A stretch of 64,000 bases of DNA from Felis catus (Eukaryota), in NCBI RefSeq assembly GCF_018350175.1, contig NC_058368.1, positions 148,864,001 to 148,928,000 of the forward strand, read 5' to 3'. The position numbers and the translations under genes are program-made. This document shows positions 50,684-63,344 of the stretch, in pieces. The notes under the pieces are model-generated. The model worked only from the letters and a program-made list of their open reading frames with translations. It was not told the origin of the DNA and ran no database searches. Within the stretch, counting starts at the first letter, position 1. Each line of letters begins with the position of its first letter.

Positions 50684-50900
50684 TTTTTTTTTTTTTTTAA
50701 CGTTTATTTATTTTTGGGACAGAGAGAGACAGAGCATGAACGGAGGAGGGGCAGAGAGAGAGGGAGTCACAGAATCGGAAACAGGCTCCAGGCTCTGAGC
50801 CATCAGCCCAGAGCCTGACGCGGGGCTCAAACTCACGGACCGCGAGATCGTGACCTGGCTGAAGTCGGACGCTTAACCGACTGTGCCACCCAGGCTCCCC
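50684..50900 (-). mobile_element. Can-SINE, young subfamily
   Basis: TSD tagagcttctttt either side; CpG-rich. Confidence 0.97.
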
Positions 50901-51251
50901 TAGAGCTTCTTTTTAATTAACTGTCTGATTATATTTCTTTTTCTGTTTATCCAGAACTTTACTAGTTCTCATTAAACAATGCAACTTTGGAATGCGATAA
51001 GGAATAGGAGAGACACATCATGCATTCTTTTTCTACTACAAAATATTGCAATGATCCTTCATATGAACAGCATTTACTGGGATTTCCCCAAATACTACAT
51101 TTTCTTCAAACTGTAGTTTCATTATATAAACCAGCAACAAAGATAGCACCCCACCACACTCATATTTATTTTATATAGAAACGTAATCATTACTTAACTT
51201 ACACGTCATGGCATAATTTTACTTACACCAAACTAAGTAAAAAAGCATATT

Positions 51252-51465
51252 GGGGCCCCTGAGTAATTCAGTGGTTAAGCATCCAACTCTTGATCTCAGT
51301 TCAGGTCATGATCTCATGGTTCCTGAGTGCAAGCTCCTCAGCAGGCTCTGCCCTGGCAACATGGAGCTTGCTTGGAATTCTGTCTTTCCTTCTCTCTGCC
51401 ATTCCCTCACTTATGTACACATTCTTTCTCTCTCATAAGTAAATAAACAAATAAATAAAGTTTTG
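51252..51465 (+). mobile_element. Can-SINE (old)
   Basis: TSD aaaagcatatt 51241-51251/51466-51476. Confidence 0.92.
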
Positions 51466-51520
51466 AAAAGCATATTAATATTTGTGATATAATCAAAATA
51501 CAGATTATTAGTAGCTTTTA

Positions 51521-51738
51521 TTTTTTTAATTTTTTTTAACGTTTATTTATTTTTGAGACAGAGAGAGACAGAGCATGAATGGGGGAGGGTCAGAGAGAGG
51601 GAGACACAGAATCTGAAACAGGGTCCAGGCTCTGAGCTGTCAGCACAGAGCCCGACGCGGGGCTCAAACTCACGGACCGCGAGGTCATGACCTGAGCCGA
51701 AGTCGGCCGCTTAACCGACTGAGCCACCCAGGCGCCCC
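51521..51738 (-). mobile_element. Can-SINE
   Basis: TSD tattagtag(c/t)ttttat. Confidence 0.96.
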
Positions 51739-52275
51739 TATTAGTAGTTTTTATATGTTTGTCAGCTTGTTTTTACCTACATATAATACTTGTATTTTTG
51801 AAATATTTACAAATTGCTATTGGACACCCATAAGCAGGAAAGTTAGGTCCTGTATGCAATGTTTTAGAATAACTGAAATGTAAAATAAGTGAAACATCTT
51901 AAGGAATATTTTCTCTTTCTCTTAATAGGCATAGTTTTAAAAATAAAGGTATTCATTCAAAAATTGGAATATTATAAATTATGGTTCATAATTAGAAATC
52001 TATTTATAGCTAAGCATTAATGAAATCTCCTTTGATAGTTATCCATACATTCTCATATTTAAAGTTTTTAACATAATAAAAGCCATTTTATTTAACTCTA
52101 TTTGACTGGCAAATTAATTGGATCAAGTTAATTGAGGTTAGGTTGTGTTTCCTCTAAATCTTCAACAACATTTATATAGTTAGTTCATGTACTTTTTGCA
52201 ATTGCTTCTTATTCCAAATCATGATAATTTTGTTTTTAAACAAAATCTGGTATAGATGGCTATGTACATGGTATA

Positions 52276-53028
52276 TGTATTTGTTATCTATTGTGTATGA
52301 AATTACCCCAAAATTTGTCATCTTAAAATAACAAATATTTATTATCTCATCATTTCTGTGATTTAGGAATTTTAAAGTGGCTTAGTTGAATGGCTTTAGT
52401 TCAGAGTCTCTCATGAAGTTGAAGTCTAGATGTTGTTCAAGGCTGCAGTCATCTGAAGGCCCAACCTGTGCTAAAGGATTTCTTCCAAGCTTACATTTCC
52501 ATCTTGCCTATTACCAAGAGGTCTCAGCGCCTTACTATATGGACCTCTCCCCAGAACATGGCAGCTGACTGCACTTTGAAGCTTCCTAGAACAAGGGGTT
52601 AAGGAGATAAAAAGAAAAGGGGGGGGGAGGGCACCTGAGTGGCTCAGTCGGTTGGGCCTCCGGCTTGGGCCCAGGTCATGATCTCATGGTTTGTGAGTTG
52701 GAGCCCCCGCGTGGGGCTCTGTGCTGACAGCTCAAAGCCTGGAGCTGGCTTCAGATTCTGTGTCTCCTTCTCTCTCTGCCCCTCCTCCTCTGGTGCTTTG
52801 TCTGTCTCTGTCTATCAAAAATAAATAAACGTAAAACAAAAATTAAAAAAAAATAAAATAAAATAAAAGTGGGACAGGGAAGCCATAATGTGAGAGGTAA
52901 CATACAATTCCTTCTACCATATTTATTGGTCACACAGGCCAATGCTGACATTGTGTAAGAGAGGACAACACAAAGGAATGAATTTCAGGAGGTAGAGATC
53001 TTTTGCCTCTTGGAGATTGGCTAGCACC
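52276..53028 (-). mobile_element. MaLR LTR (MLT1F-like) split by a SINE
   Basis: aaattaccccaaaa..cttaaaataacaaatatttattatctca; gtctctcatgaagttg; ggctgcagtcatctgaaggc; ttattggtcacacaggcca. Confidence 0.85.
52627..52866 (+). mobile_element. Can-SINE
   Basis: Typical head, body and tail. Confidence 0.93.
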
Positions 53029-54523
53029 TCATGTAATTTTTAAATCAGTATATATTTCACCAGACATCAAGTAATGTAAATACCAATAGTTTCCAGGTCA
53101 GGAAATGGTCAAAGAATAATGAAACACATTGCTATTTGAGTTTGCAGTTAGTTCCATGATAATGGCACAAAAAAATCCCATGATACAATACATAATTATA
53201 CAGACAATGAAATTCACTTAGATAGTTGATGCTACCTTGTATTCTGTGCTGCTTCTTTTTAGTCTCAAGTGATATTTACAGGGATGGTTAGTTCTGAGAA
53301 TATGCTGATTCTAGAGAAAAGGCAAAACAGTACATTTGCTTACATTTGCTTACAGAAATGGTACCGAGTCCATCTGAGTAAAACATTAAATAAATAAATC
53401 AGTAAGACCTTAAAATTTTGACATGAAAAATGTATAAATTATAAATTATATGTCTCTTAGGTATGAAAGTTTCACCTACTTAGCTTTACCCTGTGTGATT
53501 CTTTAAACACCTATTGTTTATATTAATCTAGCTCAATTTAAAAAGAAAAATAAGTTTAACTCTTTCAAGCAAGAGGCTTTATGTACCCAAGGAAATGTCA
53601 CAAAATATAGACATTTGGCCTTAACACTCTTTCCCTCAGTATAGCATTTGTTTTACTCCTGTGATTGTTTAACTACATATTTATCAAACCTCTTATTCTC
53701 ACATTAATTAACATTAACATAAGTCAAAGAATGTTTTAGTTTATACCTCAGCAAATAACTTTAAATGATTGACATAAGTTAATTTAACACAACTAGGTAA
53801 GATTATCTATTGTCATGAAATGGCTCTAGTTTTCATTCCTGATGAAGCACTATTCTTCTAAGAGACTTATTCTTATTTTCTAAGACAAATAGCAATGTGT
53901 AAGTATTGATAAAGCTGGATTCTCAATTTTTTTGATATCCCTTAAGGTTGATTTCATATTGAATTATGCAATATGCAAAATTGCAACACCTATTTTTGAA
54001 ATGCGACATTGCAGCACAACTTTGTGAGACAGAGGAAATTTTCTGGCAGCAGAGGAGTTCTATGAGTTCTAAGATATAAATATTTCAAGTCCAAGTTTTC
54101 CTAGGTTTATGTTTTTAACTAAGAACTGGAAAAAGCTATTGTGAGAGCAGTGATGAAAGCTGCTTTGTTAACTTAATAAAATGTTTCCAGTAAATTTCCA
54201 CTTGCAGTTAGTATGTCCGAAAATAAATGCACATTTGTCCTTAAGACATATTAAATCCTTTTCTCAATAACTGAGAAACTTCATTCTTTCAGCCATTCAC
54301 TCATTTAGCATACATTTGTTGGGTATTTTATGCTGGGCCCTCTGTCAGGCATTGGAAATAGAGTACTGTGTGAAAATACACATTTCCTACTCTCAAGAAT
54401 TGTACGGGATGATCAGAAACATAACCAATAAACAAATAACAAAAATTCCAAATGTTGAAACTGCTAGAAGCACATCAGCTAGGTGCTATGACAGTTGATG
54501 ATGACATAAAAAGCAAAATTTTA

Positions 54524-54720
54524 GGGGTGCCTGTGTGGTTCAGTCAGTTAAGTGATTTCAGCTCAGGTCTTCAAGCCCCCACATGGGGCTCTGTGCTGAC
54601 AGCTCAGAGCCTGGAACCTGCTTTGGATTCTGTGTCTCCCTCTCTCTCGGCTCCTTCCCCACTCATGCTCTGTCTCTGTCTCTCTCTCTCTTAAAAATAA
54701 ATAAACATTTAAAAATGAAA
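54524..54720 (+). mobile_element. Can-SINE with internal deletions
   Basis: Degenerate TSD aaaaagcaaaatttta/aaaaaggaaactttta. Confidence 0.92.
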
Positions 54721-54997
54721 AAAAAGGAAACTTTTATATTGATGAAGGTATTCTTACTTGGGAGATGACTAAATTTAAGCTAGGGCCTGAAGTATGGCAA
54801 ACGGTACACGAAAAGATTTGGGGAAAGAACATTCTGGGCAAGGTGAATAGCCAGTGAAAATATTCTGGTGCATTATAAGAACAGAGACAGCCAGTGTGGC
54901 TGGAGTGTAATAAATGAAAAGAGAGAGTGGTATAAGATGAGGTTTGGGTTTGTATACCAAGGACCAGAGTTCACTGACATTTGTAGGCTGATAAGAA

Positions 54998-55454
54998 TGT
55001 ATTCATTTCCTAGGGTAGCTGGTACAAATTACTACAAACTTGGTGACTAAAACAACAGAAATTTTCTCTGACAATTCTGATTAACAGAAGTCTGAAATCA
55101 AGGTGACTGCAGGACCTTGCTCCCACTAAAGGTGCCCAGGAAACATCCATTCCATTCCTTGTTCCTAGCTTCTAGTGACTGTTGAAGAGATTCTTGGCAT
55201 TCTTTGGCTTCTGATTGTCTAATCCCTGCCTCTATCATTTTATCATTTTCTTCTCTGTTCCCCTTTGTCGTAAATTTCTTCTTATGACCCCAATCATTGG
55301 ATTTAGGATCCACTCTGAGTGCATAATGATCTCATTTGTGGATCTTTAGCTTAATTACATCTACAAAACCTTATTTCTTAGTAAGTTCATATTCACTGGC
55401 ACAGGGAGTTAGGAGTTGGATATATCTTTTGGGGGCACAATTCAACCCATGACA
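54998..55454 (-). mobile_element. MaLR solo LTR (MLT1C-like)
   Basis: tgtattcatttcctaggg..acaaattactacaaacttggtgactaaaacaacagaaatt; ends gggggcacaattcaacccatgaca. Confidence 0.9.
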
Positions 55455-55608
55455 GTAAGGTTTCCAAACTATTCAAAGTAGTATGAGTAGTTTAAGTTGA
55501 AAATTCATAAGCAAAAAACTAAAAAATACTCAATATAAGTTAGTAAAAGTAACCCCTTGGCTGCTAGAAAAATGGCACCAGAAAATGCAAGAGAGGAAGC
55601 TAATTATT

Positions 55609-55835
55609 ATTTTCTTTTAATTTTTTTTTAATGTTTATTTATTTTTGAGAGAGAGAGAGAGAGACAGAGAGTGTGAGGGGGAGGGGCAGAGAGAGAGGGA
55701 GACACAAAATTAGAAGCAGGCTCCAGGCTCTGAGTTGTCAGCAGAGAGGTCAATGCCAGGCTTAAACCCATGAACCGTGATATCATGACCTGAGCCGAAG
55801 TCGACACCCAACCAACTGAGCCACGCAGGCTCCCC
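55609..55835 (-). mobile_element. Can-SINE
   Basis: TSD ga(g/a)gaagctaattatt 55593-55608/55836-55851. Confidence 0.95.
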
Positions 55836-57177
55836 GAAGAAGCTAATTATTTAGAGTTCTGTTTTCACATTTTAGATGAGCAATGATAGTGGCTCAAGCT
55901 AGAGTATTAGCAGTAACATAAAGAGAAGGTATATAGATTCAAGATAATTTTTGAAGGTAAAATAATTAGTACTTAGCAATGTATGCTATAGTCCATGTTT
56001 CAAGGTAAAGGAGAAGGGAGAAAAAAAGATGATTCCCATATTTCTGTTTTGAACATCTCAGTGAATACCATTAACAGATGGAGAAAACAGGGTTATCTTG
56101 TTGCCAAGAATGTCTTTTCCAAGAGATTTTAACTAAATATCTGACCAAATAAGATTATATTTTCTACTTGAGTAATATGTAAATTTTCTTTAAAATATAG
56201 AACTCCATTGATATTAGCATTAAAGTAGCATAAAGTTTCTAAGTGACAAATGGGGGCTGGACAAAATGGCAATCACCTTTAATTCCATTGTTTGCATTAT
56301 TAATTCAGAAAGAAAAGTGGGTTTTTCCTCTTAGATCATAACAAAATTTTCAAGTCCTAGTGATGTTTAATGTTTTGAGGAAGTTAATGTTCTATACATA
56401 AGGCAATCATAGTGGGTTTTACAAACCTTTCATGCAGATAATAAATACAAATTCACAGATAAGTTGCAGCCAAGGCAAATGATTAAGCATATGAAAATTC
56501 CTGCTCTCAACACAGTAATGAAGCCATGAAAACTAAAGATATACTTTCAGTAATCTTTCACTAATCATACTCATATGTATTTGTAAACATCTTCTTTTCT
56601 TTAAAAATAAAAAAGAGGTATTATGAAATAAAATTTTCAAAATACAGAAAATTTAAAGAAGTATGAGAATATTCTCTATAAAGTCACTATCTATGAATGC
56701 CTATGAAAGACTTACATCTTTTCCATTAAAAACAAAATAATCTGTGTTATCTGTGTCATCTTATTTTTGGAGGGAAGAGGTAGGAGAACAAACTAGACAA
56801 CTAGGCTATCTATTTTGTGTTGATTCCCGATAAGGAAACTCTTGCATTAGACATATGAAAAATGCTTAGACTATCATGTCGTTTCAAGCTAAATCATACA
56901 AGAGGGACGATGCAAGAATACTTCATTTATTTACATGTTAAGTATCTACATTTGTGGATAATAAAGTATTTAATCATCTTTAATTAAAACACAAAGAGTT
57001 TGGGAAACCCAATCACAAACCCATTAACAGGGGTAACTCTCTTCTAAAGTCTCGCTCTATCCTGCAGGAAAGATTGGAGACTAAGATCACAACTGAAATG
57101 TTGGGAACAAAATACAGCTATCAATGTGTAAATAATACCTTCACTTCTCAGTAATGAAATTAATATACCCTTAATGC

Positions 57178-57495
57178 CTGTCTTGGATCATGTCCCCTTG
57201 GAACAGAGTATGGAATAAGAAATCAGATGTGAATATTTCTTGGGAGAGTACAAGGGGAAAATAAAGTAAAGAAAAAAAAGGGAAAGACTAGAATGTGTCC
57301 TCAAATAAAGCATTGGCCTGATACAGAAGCATAAACTGAATTTCAGTTTTCATTCTTTAAAGTGAGAGTCAGCCTTTTCTTATCCTCAACCAATAGCCAT
57401 CTCTAGAGAAAGAAGACAGCTGTCAGGCAGGAAAACCGTAACAGCTTCCAGCATTTGTACATCCCAGCTAGAGAAGACAACAATAGTATCTACAA
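57178..57495 (-). mobile_element. Possible ERVL LTR (LTR16/41-like)
   Basis: tgtcttggatcatgtccccttggaacagag...; ends caacaatagtatctaca. Confidence 0.45.
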
Positions 57496-57954
57496 CTCTG
57501 TCTTGTCCTTTACAACAAATCAGGGCAAACCCTATCATTTATACCTTCCAAATACTTCTTGATCTAACCTCATCTTTTCCATGGTTGTGCCTTATATTAG
57601 TCTCTCTCTTGGACAACTGCCATAGTCTCCTAACTCCTCTCACTGAGCGTTTCACACTGCGGTCAGTTATCTGCATAGAACATGGACTCTTTTCTCTGCT
57701 TAAAATTCCATGTTTCCCATGTCCAAAGATTTTGTTCTCTCAGACTAGATTGGCCATCATTGGGTTTTAAATATATTATTTAAGCTTGAGAAACCCAAGC
57801 CACCAAGATGAAGTTCAGTTTTCTGTCCACATGTGTCTCTTCTCTTCTGTATTTTAAGTTTATAAAGAATGTTTAGTGTTTTCTTCCATCTCTAAATATG
57901 TGCAGCTTTATACAACCTTCAAAAGTATTTATTGAGGGCAATTAATCATACAAA

Positions 57955-58170
57955 CACAGTGGGAAAAGAATAGATTTTGACACCATTGAAACTTGGTTTC
58001 CGGTTACAACTGATTATTTTATAATCTTGGACAAATTAGGAACACTGCTATGCTTCAGTTCCATCACCTGTAAAATGAGAACATTTTCATCAAATATTTT
58101 TGAGGTGATTACATGGTGTAAGTTTATGATAAATTTCTGACATATTAAAGCAACAAATAAGGGTTTCTAC
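57955..58170 (+). mobile_element. MIR
   Basis: atcttggacaaatta...gcttcagttccatcacctgtaaaatgaga. Confidence 0.7.
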
Positions 58171-58507
58171 CTGGTTATATCTTGTATAGTGCTGGGTACA
58201 AAAGATCAACAAATATTGTAGCCTTGATGTTGCCTACTTTCAGTTTTGGAGTTTTGTATATTTTCTTTTAGATTCAATTTCTATGTTTCCATGACTATAT
58301 AGAACCATCATTTTATATACTTTTACTAACATGGAAAGTTATTTTGATAATATTCATAAAACTTGACATTTCACACTAATTAATAAAAAGATATTAATCT
58401 TCTATGAATATTCTATGAAGTACACCTTATTTGCATGTTAATAGTTTACAGGAGAGAGGAACAAAAAGTACAATACAGAATTTTCTTTAAAAAAAAAAAA
58501 AAGTAGA

Positions 58508-58700
58508 AGGCTCCTGCATGGCTCAGTCAGTTAAGTGTCTGACTTTTGATTTTCGCTCAGGTCATGGCCTTGAGGTTTGTGAGACTGAGCCCTCCATTGA
58601 ACTCTGCACTACAGCATTGAGACTGCTTGGAATTCTCTTTTTCCTTCTCTCTTGGCCCCTGCCCCCCCCCCACTCTCTCTCAAAATAAATAAAATATATA
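58508..58700 (+). mobile_element. Can-SINE (old)
   Basis: tggctcagtcagttaagtgtctgacttttgattttcgctcaggtcatg...ctctcaaaataaataaaa. Confidence 0.9.
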
Positions 58701-58709
58701 CTTAAGCTA

Positions 58710-58880
58710 GGGATATGCTAGAGTTGGCTACCACTAGCTCACAAGAGCCAGTTGTATGCTTCTTTTCCCAACTCTGTTCAATGTCACCACATTGATAGTT
58801 TGAAATGAGTCATAGCCAGAGTATTTATGTCATGTATACAGAAATTAAAAACTGCTATAAAACAAAGTTTACCTCCTGAA
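58710..58880. mobile_element. hAT-Blackjack-like DNA transposon remnant (MER63A-like)
   Basis: gctcacaagagccagttgt...ttcccaactctgttca.tgtca..gatagtttgaaat..gagtattta. Confidence 0.6.
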
Positions 58881-59210
58881 GCACTAGTGGCCACGTGAAG
58901 AATAGGTCCTGTAGTGCCCTGCAGTGCAATGTGCCCTGTTTACTAGAACCTGGCACTTCAGCGGTGTCTCCTATATGTTGTGTGCACCCTCTTGTCATGG
59001 TTCATCCATGTGTCCCTTCAGTCCAGTCAGCTGAAATGGCTCTCTTTATTGGTCGTGGGCAGCGTTTGGTCCCTGTGGTGTTGGTAGACCCCTCAAGGGG
59101 ACACATTGGGCTTGAGTTGAGTCAGACCAGACATTTACTAGAGCTATGATAGCACTGAACCACAGGATACTTTGCTTATTTTGTCTCCTGAGAACATTTC
59201 ATTGGTGGTG
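58880..59210 (-). mobile_element. L1 5'UTR fragment (paralogue of 61935-62246)
   Basis: Shared ttcagtccagtca.ctgaaatggctctctttatt, tgggcttgagttg, gtcagaccagacattt.ctagagct, tttcattggtggt. Confidence 0.88.
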
Positions 59211-59396
59211 ATTATTTATTTTTGAGAGAGAGAGAAACCACAAGTGGGGGGAGGGGTGGAGACAGAGAATCTCAAGCAGGCTCAACACTGGCAGCACAGA
59301 GCCTAATGCAAGGCTCAAACCCACAGACTGTGAGATCATGAGCTGAGCTGCAATCAAGAGTTGGACGCTTAACTGACTGAGCCACCCAAGTGTCCC
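59211..59396 (-). mobile_element. Can-SINE (older), tail missing, no TSD
   Basis: ttatttatttttgagagag...actgagccacccaagtgtccc. Confidence 0.92.
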
Positions 59397-60591
59397 TGTT
59401 TATTTTTCTTTTTCTAGCTCCTTTAGATTTAAGGTTAAGTTGTTATTTGAAATTTTTCTTGCTTCTTAAGGGAGACCTGTATTGCTATAAATTTCCCTGT
59501 TAGAACCACTTTTTCTGCATCCCAAAGATTTTGGACCATTGTGTTTTTTATTTTCATCTGTCTCCATTTACTGTTTGGATTTCTTGGTTTGCCCATTCAT
59601 TATTTAATAGCATGTTATTTAACCTCCATGTATTTGTACTCTTTGCAGAGTTTTTCTTATGGTTGATTTATAATTTCATAGCATTGTGTCAGAAAAGATG
59701 CATGGTATAACCTAATTCTTTTTGAATCTGTTGAGACTTGTTTTTGTGGCCTAACATGTGATGTATTCTGGAGAATGTTCCATGTGTGCTTGAAAAGAAT
59801 GTGTATTCTACTGTTACAGGATGGAATGTTCTGAACATATATGTTCAACATATGGTTCCAATGTGTCATGAAAACCCATTGTTTTCTTGTTGATTTTCTT
59901 TTTGGATAATATATCTACCCATTAATGTAAGTGCATTGTTAAAGTCCCCTACTCTTATTGTGTTATTATCAGTTACTTCTGTTATGTTTGTTATTAGCTC
60001 ATTATGTATATGCGTGTTCCAAGTTAGGTGCATAAATATTTGCAATTGCTGTATCTTCTTGTTAGAATGTTCCTTTTAAGATTTTGTAGTGTTCTTCTTT
60101 GTCTCTTGCTATAGTCTACTTTAAATTATATTTTGTCTAATATAAATGTTACTACCCTGGCTTTCTTTGCACTTCCTTTGCATTCTAAATACTTTTCCGT
60201 CCCTTCACTTTTAATCTGCATGTGTCTTAAGTTCTGAAATGAGTTCTTGTAGGCAGTGTATAGATGGGTCTTGCTTTTTTTTATGTTTATTCATTTATTT
60301 TGAGAGAGAGAGAAAGCACGAATCAACAAGGGGCAGAAAGAGAGAGAGAGAGAGAAAGAGAGAATCCAAAGCAGGGTCCTCCACAGTGTCAGCACAGAGC
60401 CCGCACAGGGCTTGAACCCACAAACTGCGAGGTCATAACCTAAGCCTAAGTGGTACGCTTAACCAACTATGTCACCCAGATACCACTGGGTCTTACTTTT
60501 TTATCCAGTCTATCACTCTACATTTTTTGACTGGAGTGTTTAGGCCATTTACATTCAAAGTGGTTATTGATAGCTGTGTACTTATTGCCAT
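59397..60591 (-). pseudogene. Disrupted L1 ORF2p APE endonuclease domain
   Basis: ATG at 60591 gives MAISTQLSITTLNVNGLNTPVKKCRVIDWIKK*DP; SINE-interrupted. Confidence 0.9.
60281..60486 (-). mobile_element. Can-SINE inside L1 ORF2
   Basis: TSD tgggtctt(g/a)ctttttt. Confidence 0.93.
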
Positions 60592-60979
60592 TTTGTCACT
60601 TATTTTATAGTTCTTCTCTGTTCTTTTCTTTTCTTGTTTTCCTTTCATGGTTTTCCGGCTTTCTTTGATGATATACTTCAGTTCCTTTCTGTTTATTTTA
60701 CATATCTATTACCAGGTGTTGATTTGTGGTTACCATTAGGTTTATATATAACATCTTATGCATATAGCAGTCTATATTAAGTTGATGGTCACTTAAGTTT
60801 GAACTCATTATAAAAGCACTAAATTTTTATTTCTCTCCTCCCACATTTTAGGTATAGGGTGTCATACTTTACATCCTTCTATTTTATAAATCTCTTGACT
60901 GCTTTTTGTAGTATTCTCAATTTTACTGCTTTGGTGCCTCCTACTTTTCTAACTCCTGCTTATATTCTTTCCACTCAAA

Positions 60980-61497
60980 GAATCCCCTTTAATATTTCTT
61001 ATAAGGCTGGCTTAGTGATGATGAATTCTTTTCAATTTTGGTTGTCTCAGAAACTCTTTATCTGTTCAATTCAGAATAATAGCCTCAGTAGATATTTTTG
61101 GTTGCAGGTTTTATTCTTTCAGCACTTTGAATATACCATGCCACTGCCTTCTGGCCTGTAAAATTTCTGCTGAAAAACCGGCTGATAGCCTTTTGGAGTT
61201 TCTCTTGTATGTAACTGTTTTCTTTTCTCTTGCTGCTTTAAAAATTCTCTCTTTATCACTAGTTTTTGTCATTCTAATTACAATGTGTCTTGGTGTGGAC
61301 CTCCTTGGGTTGATTTTTTTGGAGGATCTCTGTGCCTCCTGGGTCTGACTTTCTGTTTCCTTCCCCAGATTTAGAAAGTTTTTAGCCATTATTTATTCAA
61401 AATACATTTTGTTTTCCCCTTTGTCTCACTTCTCATTCTGAGACACTGTAATGCAAATGTTATTATACTTGATGGTGCTGCTGTGTTTCCTTAATAT

Positions 61498-61540
<43 letters not shown>

Positions 61541-61871
61541 TGTTTCCCACTCCTGTTCAGCTTGATTGCTTTCCATTACTCTGTCTTACAGGTCACTGAC
61601 CCATTCTTCTGTTTCCACTAGTCCACTATTTATCTATTTATAATTTTAATTATTGAGTTATTTGTCTATGATTTATTCTGTTTTCTGTTTTCTTTTTCTT
61701 TGTTGAGGGTCTCACTGAGGTCCTCCACTCTTCTCTCAAGTCCAGTGACTATCGTTATGACATTACTTTAAATTCTCTATCAGGCATATCACTTATCTCC
61801 ATTTTGTTTGGCTCTCTTGCTTTGATTTTGTTCTGTTCTTTCATTTGAGACATCTTCCTCTGTCTCATCAT
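60980..61871 (-). pseudogene. Disrupted L1 ORF1p
   Basis: MMRQRKMSQMKEQNK start; NFLNLGKE...QEAQR...NPRRSTPRHIVI...KERIFKAAREK; stops, frameshifts and (TTTA)n at 61495-61540. Confidence 0.9.
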
Positions 61872-63344
61872 TTTGTCTAATGTTCTATGTCTGTTTCTGA
61901 GTGTTAGGAAGGCCTGCTATATCTCCTGCTCTTAAAAGTACTGGCCTTATGAAAAAGAGGTCCTATAGTGCCCTATGGTGTGAAGTCCTCTGTTCACCTG
62001 GCACTTTAAGGGTATCTCCTATGTGCACCCTACCATTGTGGCTAAGCCATGTTTGCTTTCAGTCCAGTCATCTGAAATGGCTCTCTTTATTTGTTGTGGG
62101 CAGGGTTTGTTCCCTGTGTTGTTAGTGGGCCACTCTGGAGCCACACTGGGCTTGAGTTGTCAGACCAGACATTTGCTAGAGCTCTAATCGCACTGAGCTG
62201 CAGGACACTTCCTTGTTTTGATTTCTGAGAAGCTTTCATTGGTGGTCAAAGTCTATAGTCCGACCAACTATCTGCCCCCAGCCCACTTCTGGGACCAATG
62301 TTGAACTGGTAACTGTGGTTTTCTTTCCTTCTTCCCAGGGCCGGAGTCATTTTGAGGTGATGCTATCCCCTGTCAGGGCTGCTTGCACACTACCACACTT
62401 GTGGTGCTGCTTTGAATGGACCCCTACCAAGAGCATGTTGGCAAGGCAGGTATACGGGAGGTCACAGGGGCAAGGTGCATGGTTCCAGAAGATCTACACT
62501 GGTCCATTCTGAGAAGGGACTTTCAGCAGCTTTGGAAAACTGTTGAGGCCAAGAAAGGGTGGGGACGGGGACAGGTCTGAGACAGAACCCTGGGGTGGGA
62601 TGCACAGTGTTAGCAAGGTAGGGGGGAGACTGTTTGCACTGCACTGGTTCCTGCAGCTGAACATGTATCTAGGCTTGGGTAGAGGGGAGGGAAATGGCCA
62701 CTGCCAGCTCTTTTATTCTTGGAGAAGTCTCCCGAAGATCCCTGCCCCTCCAGCACATACTCTGAGATTAGTAAACATACTCCAAGCATTTTTCAAACTG
62801 CTGCTTCTATGCTGTATCTCAGCAGGGCTGTTGATTGTACTGTGTCTTTAAGGGCAGGGACTCAGTTTCCAACGGGTTTCTCAGAGCTGAGCCTGCCAAT
62901 TTTTTAAAACTTCCAGATGTTAAGCCCCACTGATTATAAAAAATCATGAAGTTCAGTCCCTTTGATTTTCAAAGCCAGATGTTATGTGGATTTGTCTTCC
63001 CAGTTTGGGTGCCCCACATGGGGTCTCTTCGTCTTCCTTCTCTGTGCCTGCCAGGGGTCAGTTTGGCTCTCCACTGTGTCTCCACCCTTACTACCTTCTT
63101 TGATGTGGCCCTTTCTCCACCTATAACTGTGGAGAGTCTTTTCTGCCAGTCTTCAGGTTATTTTCCAGGTTATTTGTACTGATGTGGATGTTTTCTGGGA
63201 GTATCTGTGGGACAAGGTGAGCCTAGCATTCTCCTACTCTGCCAACTTCCCTGGAAAATGCTTTTCCCACGATAAACTTTCTTTAAAGCTGTATTTCTGA
63301 CTTTCATGTATTTTTGATATTTTAATCATAAAGTACTAGAAAAA

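Larger units (their letters stand above)
54290..56095 (-). mobile_element. LINE-2 remnant interrupted by two SINEs and an MLT1C
   Basis: cattcactcatttagcatacatttgttgg (L2 3' end reversed); gaacattctgggcaagg; gccagtgtggctggag; tagattcaagataatttttgaaggtaaa. Confidence 0.7.
59397..63254 (-). mobile_element. Older carnivore L1: 5'UTR, ORF1, inter-ORF spacer and ORF2 endonuclease; 3' part absent
   Basis: Minus strand begins ggaagttggcagagtaggag (L1 5' end with decayed YY1 AAGATGGCG); ORF1 and ORF2 homologies follow in order. Confidence 0.93.

Noticed and set aside
152..60486. SINE heads as tRNA genes, and recurring SINE-derived ORFs (e.g. GAWVAQSVK, FLRERERE)
   Set aside because: Each tRNA-like head is followed by a SINE body, CT tract, A tail and usually a TSD.
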